Source: Fidelibacterota bacterium
GTDB taxonomy: Bacteria > Fidelibacterota > Marinisomatia > SCGC-AAA003-L08 > JACNLC01
Length of the DNA stretch: 64,000 bases
Direction: 5' to 3'
Assembly: GCA_018657495.1 (NCBI GenBank)
Contig: JABHXA010000002.1
Location: 5,472 to 69,471 of the forward strand
The translations under genes were made by a program, and so were the position numbers. Shown here in pieces: positions 27,653 to 37,667 of this stretch (the first letter of the stretch is position 1; each line of letters opens with the position of its first letter). Below the pieces are notes generated by a model, which did not search any database, had not been told where the DNA came from, and worked only from the letters and a program-made list of their open reading frames with translations.

Positions 27653-30070
27653 TTATTTATCCAAAACTTTTCGGATTGCTGATGAAATAACCTTCATTTC
27701 AATTGGTTTACTTATAACTTTGTCAATCCCACTCTTTTTTCTAAGATCTTTAGTAATAAAACCACTGTTTCCAGTCATAATTATAATTGGAAAATCTGGA
27801 TTGGATTTTTGTATTTCTCTTGAGAGATCAATGCCAGTCATATTTGGCATAGCCATGTCAGTAATTATCAAATTATATTCATCAGGATGATGCTTAAATG
27901 CTTTCAACGCCTCCGTACTGCTATTATATAAATCTACCTTATACCCTATACTTACAAGCATATGGTAAATCATATTACCAACACTTACATCATCATCAAC
28001 AACTAAAATAGATTCATTCCCTTTGGAAACAATTTCTTTTTCTTCTTTGACAGAAACAGATTCTAAAGTTTCTATCGGCAGGTAAATATGAAAAGCCGAA
28101 CCTTGACCCAAATCACTTAAGACCAGGATATCCCCCTTATGATTCCGAATAATTCCATGGACGACAGAGAGACCAAGTCCAGTACCTTTTGTTACTTCTT
28201 TAGTTGTGAAAAACGGCTCAAAAATATGTTCAACAGTATCGTCATCCATACCTGCACCAGTATCAATAACAGACAGCTTGGCGTAGTTTCCTTTTTCCAG
28301 ACGAGGACATAGTTTTAATGTATCTTCATCTAATAATGTCTGTTCTAATTTAATAGTCAGTCTACCGCCTTTTTCTTCCATTGCCTGCCAGGCATTTGTG
28401 CATAAATTGATTATTACCTGGTGTATTTGGGTTGCATCAGCAAGCACTTTTCCACAATTAGTATCGATTTGACTAATAATTTCAACTGTTGCTGGAATAG
28501 ACGGTCTCAGCAAATTCAGCGCTTCTTTGATTAAGGGTGGTAAAAGGAGGGAAAAATGTTCATTTTCACTTTGTTTGCTAAACAGGAGTATTTGCTCAAC
28601 CAGCTTACTTGCCCTAAAGGCAGCATTCAATACTTGTTCAAGTTTATAATGCATTGGGTCATTTTCTTTCAAATTGATCAATGACATTTCTGTAAATCCC
28701 ATAATGGGGGTGAGAATATTATTGAAATCATGGGCAATGCCGCCTGCTAAGGTGCCGATTGTTTCAAGTTTCTGAGACCGACGAAGCTGTTCTTCAAGTT
28801 TCTGTTTTTCATCTTCTGCTAATTTACGATCGGTGATATCTCTGATAATTTCCTGGAGACGACCATCAGGTAATATCCTGGCGCTGATTTCAACTGGGAC
28901 CTTATTGGAGTCTTTTCGAAGCAGTCTATGTTCTGATACAACAATTTTCCCTTCCAATAATTTTTCCATGCGGAAAAGGGTAGAGGACAAATCCTCAGGT
29001 GGAGTAAGATCTGAGATATTTTTTGTCAGGATCTCACTATGAGAGTATCCTAACATGCTACATCCACTTAGGTTAACAGCGATGTATTTTCCACTATTAT
29101 CAGAAATGAAAATTCCATCAGAAGCCTGTTCCAGTATTGATCGATAATTATTTTCACTGATACGTAAATCACGCTCAGTTTTCTCTTTTGCATCAATTGT
29201 TCTTAACAGGGCTTTCGTTCTTACTCTAACCTGCCACCTCAGTACAATAATTAGTATAGCGATAGTCATCACTATGAACATTAATATGATTAATACCCTG
29301 AGCGGACTTAGCCAACCAGGTATAACCAGTTTATTTACCCCTTCAATCCATTGATTAATTGATTGATAGTAGAATGAATTCTTATTACTTTTTAAAGTAT
29401 TAATGTGTTTATCAATGGTTTTGAGAATTTCATCATTTTTACCAAGTGGGGCTGCCATTCGTAGTTCTACTGGTTTGAAATTTATAAAACTTCTCTGTAC
29501 ATCATATTTACTTTCATGGTACAACCCAAAAATTCTTGGTACTAATCCAGCATCAACCTTGCCCTCAGAAACAAGTTCAAGAACTTCTGAATAATCCTCT
29601 ACTTCTATATATATTGAATTTATATTAAGTTTTTCTTCAAAAGATTTTAATGCAAGAAAATAGATATCTTCCTTTTGTGCTGCTATACGTTTACCGGACA
29701 AATCTATCATGGATTGAATCTCGGAATCCATTGGGAGATAAACTTGTCCCCAATTGGTAACAAGATTTGTTTCATTAAAATTATAAACTTTACCTCTTTC
29801 GACTGTAAATGCTATACCCAACAAAATATCAATTTCATCTGCCTTTAACCGGGCCAGCCCATTGGCCCAGGAACCATGTTTGTATTGGATAACCCAGTTT
29901 TCCTGTTCGGCAATATAATTTATTATATCAATGTATATACCCTTAAAAGAACCATCCTCTTCCATAAAAACAAGGGGTTCATTATCCCAGACACCAACCC
30001 TGAGTGAATCCAGTGAGTACAAAGGTGATAGCGATAATACTATTAAAATAAATAAGATTTTGAAATTCAT
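27653..30070 (-). CDS. Hybrid sensor histidine kinase with periplasmic solute-binding (SBP family 3-like) domain - TM - PAS - HisKA - HATPase - REC
   Basis: A signal peptide is followed by a ~230-aa periplasmic domain ([13 protein letters not shown] ... [10 protein letters not shown] ... VDAGLV), then a TM ([19 protein letters not shown]) and a PAS unit (DITDRK). H-box is [15 protein letters not shown], ATPase motif GTGLGLSVV, and REC is ILVVDDD ... [13 protein letters not shown]. Confidence 0.9.
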   Translation of the reverse strand: [805 protein letters not shown]

Positions 30071-30163
30071 GATGCCCTGTTCGTTGAGTTCAGTTTATAA
30101 TTATAATGCGTTGGCAGCAGAAAATAGATATGCGGCATGTTTTTTAACAGATTGATGATAAAA

Positions 30164-30520
30164 TTAATTTTCATTAATAATTTCCAGGACTTGCCAATCT
30201 TTATCAACCCATAATCCTATAGTTTCAACATTTACAAATTCTTTTTGAAGAGCTTGGATTGATTTATGGATATGTTTAATCTGCATTGTCTTTTGTGAAG
30301 GATTTCCAGCACAATCATGATGACCAACTATTGCTATACCAACAGATTTATGTTTTTCGATTGATATATTTAATCTGTTTATGATGGACTGAATTAAGAC
30401 CGTATTAACATCATCTGACAATATCAGGTTTGGCCCAGCTTCAGTTATTGTATCTACATAATCGGCAGTAAAGCGTTTTTGTAGAAACGAAATTACCGGA
30501 AACTGTACTCGTCCATCCAT
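30164..30520 (-). CDS. Hypothetical protein with beta-carbonic-anhydrase-like Zn-ligand motifs; the true 5' end may lie upstream, up to 30622
   Basis: VGHHDCAGNP matches the HxxC motif. The sequence immediately around the only ATG reads INC-M-DGRVQ, i.e. a CxDxR-like motif whose Cys lies upstream of the ATG. The frame is open to 30622 with no ATG, GTG or TTG. Confidence 0.3.
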   Translation of the reverse strand: MDGRVQFPVISFLQKRFTADYVDTITEAGPNLILSDDVNTVLIQSIINRLNISIEKHKSVGIAIVGHHDCAGNPSQKTMQIKHIHKSIQALQKEFVNVETIGLWVDKDWQVLEIINEN

Positions 30521-30904
30521 GCAATTAATAGCGGTGCAGAATCGAATAGTATTTCCTTTTATTGTATATTGTATAATTCTATTGACAAAGAAAGCGTCTA
30601 GATAATTCGGAGTGGGAATAATCTATACTTGTCAAAAGGGAATTCAAATTATCGAAATAATTTACATCCGTTATGGGATTGAATTATATTCAAAATTCAC
30701 AATGATATCCGGTTACTTAGATATTCTTAATTTTCCATTAGTTCACTGGTTCTCAAAGGATAGGAGAATTGGATGAATGTTACTAAAAAATTATAACAAA
30801 TTATTTTTACTTAAAGTAACAATATTAGTTAGAGGTTAAAAAAGATCAAATACCAGTAGTTGTAGCAATATATTATAAAATTAATGAAGACTGCACTTTA
30901 ATGA

Positions 30905-31561
30905 TTAGTTTTTTGGCAATAGATATTTAAACACGGCTACAAAGTGACAAAAGCTTCCGAACAATACAAAAAGGTGAAATATGGCATGATTAAACTTAAT
31001 TTTACGAATGCTGTAGACTAAGGCACCCAAGGTATAAGAAATCCCTCCAGCAAAAAGCCATTTGAGTCCATCAGCCGGCAGATTATTTATTAATGGCTTA
31101 ATGACAAAAATAATTAACCATCCCATTAAAATATACATTGCCGTAGAAAATAGATCATACTTCCCAGTATAAAATAGTTTTAATGTTATTCCAATAATGG
31201 CAAAACCCCAGGATACTCCAAAAATAATCCATCCGATTGTACCATTCAAAGTAACGAGTGTAAAGGGAGTATAGGTACCAGCAATGAGTACATAAATTGC
31301 CGCATGGTCCACAATTTTTAATCTTTTTCTAACCAATGGCTTTACGGAACCGTGGTAAAGGGTAGATGCTGCATATAAAATTATTAAACTGGATCCAAAA
31401 ATGGTGAAACTTACAATGTGCCAAACGTCTCCATAGAGAGCTGCAAAAACTACCAAAAATATCAACGCAGCAATGCTTAACAAAAAACCAATGCCATGGG
31501 ATATAATATTAATTTTTTCTTCAAGAGGGGAGTAAAATGTTACTTTTTTATCGCTTTTCAT
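30905..31561 (-). CDS. Hemolysin III / PAQR family membrane protein
   Basis: 7 TM helices with motifs ISHGIGFLLS, DHAAIYVLIAGTYTPF and HAIFHLFVLFGSFCHF. Confidence 0.8.
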   Translation of the reverse strand: MKSDKKVTFYSPLEEKINIISHGIGFLLSIAALIFLVVFAALYGDVWHIVSFTIFGSSLIILYAASTLYHGSVKPLVRKRLKIVDHAAIYVLIAGTYTPFTLVTLNGTIGWIIFGVSWGFAIIGITLKLFYTGKYDLFSTAMYILMGWLIIFVIKPLINNLPADGLKWLFAGGISYTLGALVYSIRKIKFNHAIFHLFVLFGSFCHFVAVFKYLLPKN

Positions 31562-31673
31562 ATTTTTTCGACATATTAAATTTAATTCTGATAAAAATTA
31601 CGTACCGTGAGATATCTTTAAACCGCAATAACCAACATATAAAACATAAACCAGATTGGCATTTAATTGTTAT

Positions 31674-33995
31674 TTAAAAAATATCAAAATCATCAATTTT
31701 GACAATAAAACAAAAGGATTTTGAGTTTGATATATCAACTTCGCTCCAGATGAATTCGAATTTTATCAGTTTAAATATTTTATTGAGACCGAACCCATAT
31801 TCAGAGTAAATATCAGTATAATTTATATGGTTTAAGTCATTGTTACCTGCCCAACCAGTATTATATATCATTGAAAATTCCCATGATGCAGGCAAATGGA
31901 GTGTTTTAAAAATAGAATTGTAAACATTGTATTCTAAATAAAGGGCAATTTTCTTCTTTCCATAAAAAGCATTCTGATCAAGAGTCGCAAACGATTTATA
32001 TCTTCGAAATCCTGCAAAACCGCTGTTCAATTCAAATAAATATTGTCCTGGCAAGATACCTTTGCTAAACCCATAGAAAAAGGACATGTCCAGAAAACCG
32101 GAATGAGAAATATTTTGCTTTAAGTATAACGCCAAATGATATTTTGAAAAATTGAAGTCCCCACCAAATTCTGGTATTCCAGTTTGAATAGAGAATTCTG
32201 TTTCCCAATATGTTTGATTTGGTATCTCTCTTTTACCAAAACCTGAGTCCTGATATAAAATATTTGAATATATAAAATTCAGGTTTATTCCGATATTATG
32301 CCCTTCTGAGATTACAGGATTATCGAAATAGTTATTTTTATTAAAAATTCCATGCTCAATATTTTTTATCGCAGAAGAATGCCATTCGTTTAAATACTTT
32401 GCTGAAAGCGTAAACTGACTGATTGAAAAATCGGTATTAATACTAAAACCCTTCGCGTAGTAGTAATCAAAAAAATCAAAATCATTAAAAATGCTGGAAT
32501 ATGTATTCAGGTTTATTGGGTATTTTTCCTGATTCTCACGTGTTTCAATTCTATCATAGAAATCCAGAGCCAAGGTAGATACAGAATGCTTCCGCGACAG
32601 ACTCAGCTCAGGTGAAAATATATATTTCGTTTTTTTGTCACCAAACCCATAACCATAGCCAAATCCCAATGAAAGGGGATTAAACTGATTTTTAGTATCA
32701 ATCGAGATACCCAGGAAAGATCCTTCAACGCGATTAAAACGAAAGAAATCAGAAAAATTACCAATAGGCAGTGTCCTTATCCATGCATACTTATCCATTA
32801 GCTTCAACATATTAACCATAGCTGATATCTTTTTATTATTTTGAACCAGACTATCAATAGCTTCATAAGCCTTCAACTCATCCTTGTTTAGCGGTGGTAT
32901 GTGCATGGTCACTGCATCAAAATCTAAAGAATTTTTAAAAACCACTGCATCCTGATCAGGATGAATAAAATTATCATCATTATCGATTAAATAATTCTCG
33001 CGAAAATTTTCTTTTTTTATTATTAGTACTGGATATTTAGGAATATCAATAACAAATTTGCTCTCACGAAATGAATATATCGGTAAAAACAAACTATCTT
33101 TAAACACTTTGTACTTCTGAATAATATGAATATCTTCGAATACATCATAATTGCATTCTGCATTTAATTGAACATCAATTTGCTTTATAAGAAAAATTTT
33201 ATCGGCGAGATAAATTGACCCCCTCATTGATGGGATATCATTATTTAACGGTGTAAAATTTATTTTAAATATTCTGTAATTATCTTGAAAAAGGGTGTCA
33301 GCCATTATATACTTATAGTGATTTATTGCATCTGGAGCCGTGGGTCCAATAAGATTCTTATTTCCAATATGGATTCGATCTGAGTTAATATCTAAGAAAG
33401 TATTACCACTAATCAGATTTATAGAGTTTGGTATATTTGAAGTTTGTTTTTGACTCATAATAATTTGGCGCCATCTTTCAGGAGCATTGAAATAGAGTTC
33501 TGAATAGGTTTCAAATATTCCGCCATAAGCATTAATATTATATTGAGAAGATCGGTAACTCGTTTTTGTGTATGAATTACATGAATAATTATGCAAGTAT
33601 TCCATTGATTTCCGCTTCTGCCTTGAAGCTTTTAAAATCAATAGTTCAATCGTAGATTTTTGCTCGGCGTAAACGGTAATTCCATCAATGGGCAGGACTT
33701 GAGGGCTCAACTCAATATTTAACTTAATATTTTGGTCTATTAATTGAATGTCAACGGTTTCAGAATGGTATCCTAAGTATTGAAATGATAATTGATATTT
33801 ACCTGGTATTAATCTAAATTGATAATATCCTTCCAGATTGGATGTTGTACCACGATTTGTCCCCTGCAAAGAAATATTACTATATGGTAAGGCTCTACCT
33901 GTCTCTGAATCTCTAATATACCCAGAAATTGTTTGTCCCGTGAGACAAGTGACATTAAATAAAAATAAAATTATAAATGTGGAGGATTTCATCAT
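31674..33995 (-). CDS. Outer-membrane protein with N-terminal carboxypeptidase-regulatory-like domain (DUF5686-like)
   Basis: It has a signal peptide and a CarboxypepD_reg-type segment (ISGYIRDSETGRALPYSNISLQGTNRGTTSNLEGYYQF ... YLGYHSETVDI). About 650 aa of beta-rich, Tyr/Phe/Asn-rich sequence follows, ending in a terminal Phe (DDFDIF). Confidence 0.6.
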   Translation of the reverse strand: MMKSSTFIILFLFNVTCLTGQTISGYIRDSETGRALPYSNISLQGTNRGTTSNLEGYYQFRLIPGKYQLSFQYLGYHSETVDIQLIDQNIKLNIELSPQVLPIDGITVYAEQKSTIELLILKASRQKRKSMEYLHNYSCNSYTKTSYRSSQYNINAYGGIFETYSELYFNAPERWRQIIMSQKQTSNIPNSINLISGNTFLDINSDRIHIGNKNLIGPTAPDAINHYKYIMADTLFQDNYRIFKINFTPLNNDIPSMRGSIYLADKIFLIKQIDVQLNAECNYDVFEDIHIIQKYKVFKDSLFLPIYSFRESKFVIDIPKYPVLIIKKENFRENYLIDNDDNFIHPDQDAVVFKNSLDFDAVTMHIPPLNKDELKAYEAIDSLVQNNKKISAMVNMLKLMDKYAWIRTLPIGNFSDFFRFNRVEGSFLGISIDTKNQFNPLSLGFGYGYGFGDKKTKYIFSPELSLSRKHSVSTLALDFYDRIETRENQEKYPINLNTYSSIFNDFDFFDYYYAKGFSINTDFSISQFTLSAKYLNEWHSSAIKNIEHGIFNKNNYFDNPVISEGHNIGINLNFIYSNILYQDSGFGKREIPNQTYWETEFSIQTGIPEFGGDFNFSKYHLALYLKQNISHSGFLDMSFFYGFSKGILPGQYLFELNSGFAGFRRYKSFATLDQNAFYGKKKIALYLEYNVYNSIFKTLHLPASWEFSMIYNTGWAGNNDLNHINYTDIYSEYGFGLNKIFKLIKFEFIWSEVDISNSKSFCFIVKIDDFDIF

Positions 33996-34234
33996 TTTAA
34001 TAAATGGAGTCTGATCAATAAATCTTTCAATAAAATTATATGTTAAATTAGCATATACAATATTGAAAGTAGCAATCTGAAAAACTCAAAAAAGCGCATT
34101 AGGTATTCTTAATAAAAAGTCAAAGATAAATATTTGAATTCTGGGGTAATTTTCACATCGATTTTTAGATTATTTTAATAATATTTAAACATTCAAATTT
34201 TCAACCTTTTGAACAACAATGGAATAATAATATC

Positions 34235-35365
34235 ATGACATTCCTGGAGAGTACCGAAAAACCAATTACGATTTTGGGCCTAATGTCCGGAACCTCAATG
34301 GATGGTCTGGATTGCGGTTTATTTAATATAAAACTCGATAATGATTATAATCTTGCATGGCAATGTCTAGATTTTGAGACAATTGCATATAACAGTAAAG
34401 TAAAGGATATTATCCGGGCTGCATTATCAGGAGACTATCTTCGTGGGAAAATTGCCGATAATATGTTGGGTCAGATATTTTCCATTTATGTTGAGAAATT
34501 CCTGGATGGAAGAGCGGTGGATCTTATCGGCTCCCATGGTCAGACAATTTCTCACAATGACGGTAAGTCTAACTGGCAAGTTGGCGATCCGCAATATCTT
34601 CATAATTCATTGAACATCCCCATAGTATACAATTTTAGGACATCGGATATAAATGCCGGTGGTAAGGGAGCACCGTTAACCCCCTTTTTAGATTGGCTGC
34701 TATTTCGTAATTCAAATGAAGACATTATAACTTTGAATATTGGCGGGATTTCAAATGTAACCTTTATTCCTGCCTCAGGTGAAAGAGAGAAAGTCCAGGG
34801 GTTCGATACTGGTCCCGGTATGGCACTCATTGATGAATGTGCGCGAAAATGTTTTACCAGAAATATGGATGAGGATGGACAATTCTCAAAATCAGGACAG
34901 GTGGTGCCTGAAATTCTTGATACACTTATGAATCATCCGTTCATTCATAGGAACCCACCAAAATCCACTGGCCGTTCTGATTTTTCTGAAATGATGGTAG
35001 ATCAAATACTAGCAGATTTTCCAGGAGAATCTCATGAAAATATCATCCGAACATTAGTTGTTTTCACAGCGAAAAGCATTTCTTTAAACATTGAGAAACA
35101 TCTTAATTTTAACGCTCTGCAAACCAGAATAATTATTAGTGGGGGTGGCGTAAATCACCCTGTATTAATGGATGAACTTATCAAAAAATCTGGAAGGCAT
35201 AGCATAACATCAAGTACAAAAATGGGAATCGATCCCAATATGAAAGAAAGTTTGCTAATGGCAGTGTTGGCAGCAGCATATCGCCGTCAATTACCTGCAA
35301 ATATGGTTAATGTAACTGGTGCTAATGAATTGGTCGTCCTAGGTGAGTTATATAAAGGAAATTAA
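34235..35365 (+). CDS. anmK: Anhydro-N-acetylmuramic acid kinase
   Basis: LGLMSGTSMDGLDCG near the N-terminus, LNIGGISN and SGGGVNHPVLM. Confidence 0.85.
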   Translation: MTFLESTEKPITILGLMSGTSMDGLDCGLFNIKLDNDYNLAWQCLDFETIAYNSKVKDIIRAALSGDYLRGKIADNMLGQIFSIYVEKFLDGRAVDLIGSHGQTISHNDGKSNWQVGDPQYLHNSLNIPIVYNFRTSDINAGGKGAPLTPFLDWLLFRNSNEDIITLNIGGISNVTFIPASGEREKVQGFDTGPGMALIDECARKCFTRNMDEDGQFSKSGQVVPEILDTLMNHPFIHRNPPKSTGRSDFSEMMVDQILADFPGESHENIIRTLVVFTAKSISLNIEKHLNFNALQTRIIISGGGVNHPVLMDELIKKSGRHSITSSTKMGIDPNMKESLLMAVLAAAYRRQLPANMVNVTGANELVVLGELYKGN

Positions 35366-36724
35366 ATGAACACATATATTTTTCGCGAATATGACATTCG
35401 CGGTGTTGTTGAAACAGATTTTACTGATGTTGTTGTCCGCAATCTGGGGCGTGCATTTGGAACGAGTGTTATCCGCAGAGGCGGTAAAACAATTGCCTTA
35501 AGCGGAGATATTCGTCTGACCACTCCTCATCTAATATCAATTTTTTCTAAAGGATTGCAAGAGACAGGTGTTGATGTGGTCCTGTTGGGCATTATCCCTA
35601 CTCCAGTTAACTATTTCAGTATGTTTCATCTCGACGTTGATGGGGCTGTCCAAATCACCGGCAGCCATAATCCAGTAGAATTTAATGGTTTCAAATTGTC
35701 CTTTAATAAGATGGCATTCTTTGGTGAGCAAATTCAGGAAATGAAAACGCTTATCCAGAAAAATGATTTTGAATCGGGAAGTGGCAATGAGTCTGAAGCA
35801 TCCATTTTAGATGATTATCATCAGATGCTGAAATCAAAAATTAAATTTGATAAACATTTGAAAATTGTCATGGATTCCGGAAATGCCTGTGCCGGTATTA
35901 CTGCTCCTGCAATTTTTGATGAGATGGATTGTGAAGTTACTGAATTGTACAGTGAAGTTGATGGAACATTTCCAAATCATCATCCTGATCCTACCGAAGA
36001 TCACAACCTGGCTGAAGTTGTTGAACTGATGAAATCAGGTGAGTATGATTTGGGAGTGGCTTATGATGGAGATGCTGACAGGGTTGTTGCAGTGGATAAT
36101 TTGGGGCAGATAATCAGGGCCGACAACATGATGGCATTATTTCTTCCTGAAATTGTCAATGATGGCGACAGTATTGTATTTGATGTGAAATGCTCACAGG
36201 CACTGGAAGACATGATTCTCCGATACGGTGGTAAACCTATCATGTGGAAGACCGGTCATTCATTAATAAAAAAGAAAATGAAAGAAGAGCATGTAAAGTT
36301 TGCCGGTGAGATGAGTGGGCATATATTTTTTGGGGATGATTTTTTTGGTTTTGACGATGCCGTATATGTAGCATTACGATTAGCACAGACTCTCTCAAGA
36401 ACTGATCGTAAATTATCTGATCTCACTTCAGAAATCCCCGTTTATTATTCAACTCCAGAGATGCGCCTGGAATGTCCCACTGACGAAGAGAAATTCAAAA
36501 TAGCCAAAAAGGCTGAAGAATATTTTAAAGAAAACTATGATTGTATCACTGTCGATGGAGTCAGGATAAAATTTGGTGATGGATGGGGTTTAGTTCGTTC
36601 ATCAAATACACAGCCTGTCATTGTTTGTCGATTTGAAGCTAATCGGCAGGATAGGATGGAAGAAATCAAAAAAATAGTACTTTCAAAACTCATGGAATTC
36701 GGAGAGATCGCAATCAGTGAATGA
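35366..36724 (+). CDS. Phosphomannomutase / phosphoglucomutase (alpha-D-phosphohexomutase)
   Basis: Active-site QITGSHNP, Mg site AYDGDADRVVAV and sugar-binding loop GEMSGHIFF. The ATG abuts the anmK stop. Confidence 0.85.
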   Translation: MNTYIFREYDIRGVVETDFTDVVVRNLGRAFGTSVIRRGGKTIALSGDIRLTTPHLISIFSKGLQETGVDVVLLGIIPTPVNYFSMFHLDVDGAVQITGSHNPVEFNGFKLSFNKMAFFGEQIQEMKTLIQKNDFESGSGNESEASILDDYHQMLKSKIKFDKHLKIVMDSGNACAGITAPAIFDEMDCEVTELYSEVDGTFPNHHPDPTEDHNLAEVVELMKSGEYDLGVAYDGDADRVVAVDNLGQIIRADNMMALFLPEIVNDGDSIVFDVKCSQALEDMILRYGGKPIMWKTGHSLIKKKMKEEHVKFAGEMSGHIFFGDDFFGFDDAVYVALRLAQTLSRTDRKLSDLTSEIPVYYSTPEMRLECPTDEEKFKIAKKAEEYFKENYDCITVDGVRIKFGDGWGLVRSSNTQPVIVCRFEANRQDRMEEIKKIVLSKLMEFGEIAISE

Positions 36725-37667
36725 AGCGGGAATAACACAACTCAGATCACTTATAAATTCAAGGATAGGGGAGCTGTATCCAGAAGGTCCTATTTCCCTT
36801 ACCAAAACCATAGAATATGTATTAACAGCTGGTGGGAAACGCCTGAGGCCATTACTTACAATGATATCGGCAAATTCATGCGGTGCCAACTTTGAGAAGG
36901 CTTTACCGTCTGCACTCGCCGTAGAGATCCTGCATAATTTTACCCTCGTTCACGATGATATCATGGATGAAGATCAAACCAGACATGGTAAACCTACAGT
37001 TCATGAAAAATGGGATGTTGGAAGTGCAATACTTACAGGTGATGCCATGCTTTCCCTGGCTTTACTTATCCTTCAAGAAGAAGAAACACCTCGTGATTTG
37101 ATGACAGTTTTCACAAAAGGTTTGTTAAGAGTTTGTGAAGGCCAAGCATTCGATAAAGAATTTGAGACTATCAAAAATATATCTTTAGATGATTATGTAA
37201 ATATGGTTGATTTAAAAACAGGACATCTACTTGGACTAGCTGGAGAAATGGGTGCAATAATCGCCGATGCAGATTTACCGGTTAGATATGGAATCCGTGA
37301 TTATGGTCGATTAATTGGACGTGCCTTCCAGGTGCAGGATGATTTGCTCGAGATTTACTCCAATTCTGATAATATGGGAAAAAGTCTGAACAGCGATATT
37401 CTCCTGGGTAAAAAAACCTATTTGATGATTCTGGCAAAAAATAGGATACCTGTTGAAATTCAATCGGCAATTGAATTATGCCAGGAAGATATTAATGGCG
37501 GCAAGAAAGCGATACAAGAACTGTTTATTGAATCAGGAATTGTAAAAAGTACAAAACAGTTTATAATGGATAATATTGAAGAAGCAAATACGATGCTGAC
37601 TAATCTGGATATTGACTGTTCAGATCTACTATATTTTAGTGATTTAATCACGAGGAGAAATAATTAA
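36717..37667 (+). CDS. Polyprenyl (farnesyl/geranylgeranyl) diphosphate synthase
   Basis: GGKRLRP, first Asp-rich motif LVHDDIMDED, and second motif FQVQDDLLE (third acidic residue is Glu rather than Asp), followed by GKKTYL. It overlaps the upstream gene by 8 nt. Confidence 0.85.
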   Translation: MNEAGITQLRSLINSRIGELYPEGPISLTKTIEYVLTAGGKRLRPLLTMISANSCGANFEKALPSALAVEILHNFTLVHDDIMDEDQTRHGKPTVHEKWDVGSAILTGDAMLSLALLILQEEETPRDLMTVFTKGLLRVCEGQAFDKEFETIKNISLDDYVNMVDLKTGHLLGLAGEMGAIIADADLPVRYGIRDYGRLIGRAFQVQDDLLEIYSNSDNMGKSLNSDILLGKKTYLMILAKNRIPVEIQSAIELCQEDINGGKKAIQELFIESGIVKSTKQFIMDNIEEANTMLTNLDIDCSDLLYFSDLITRRNN

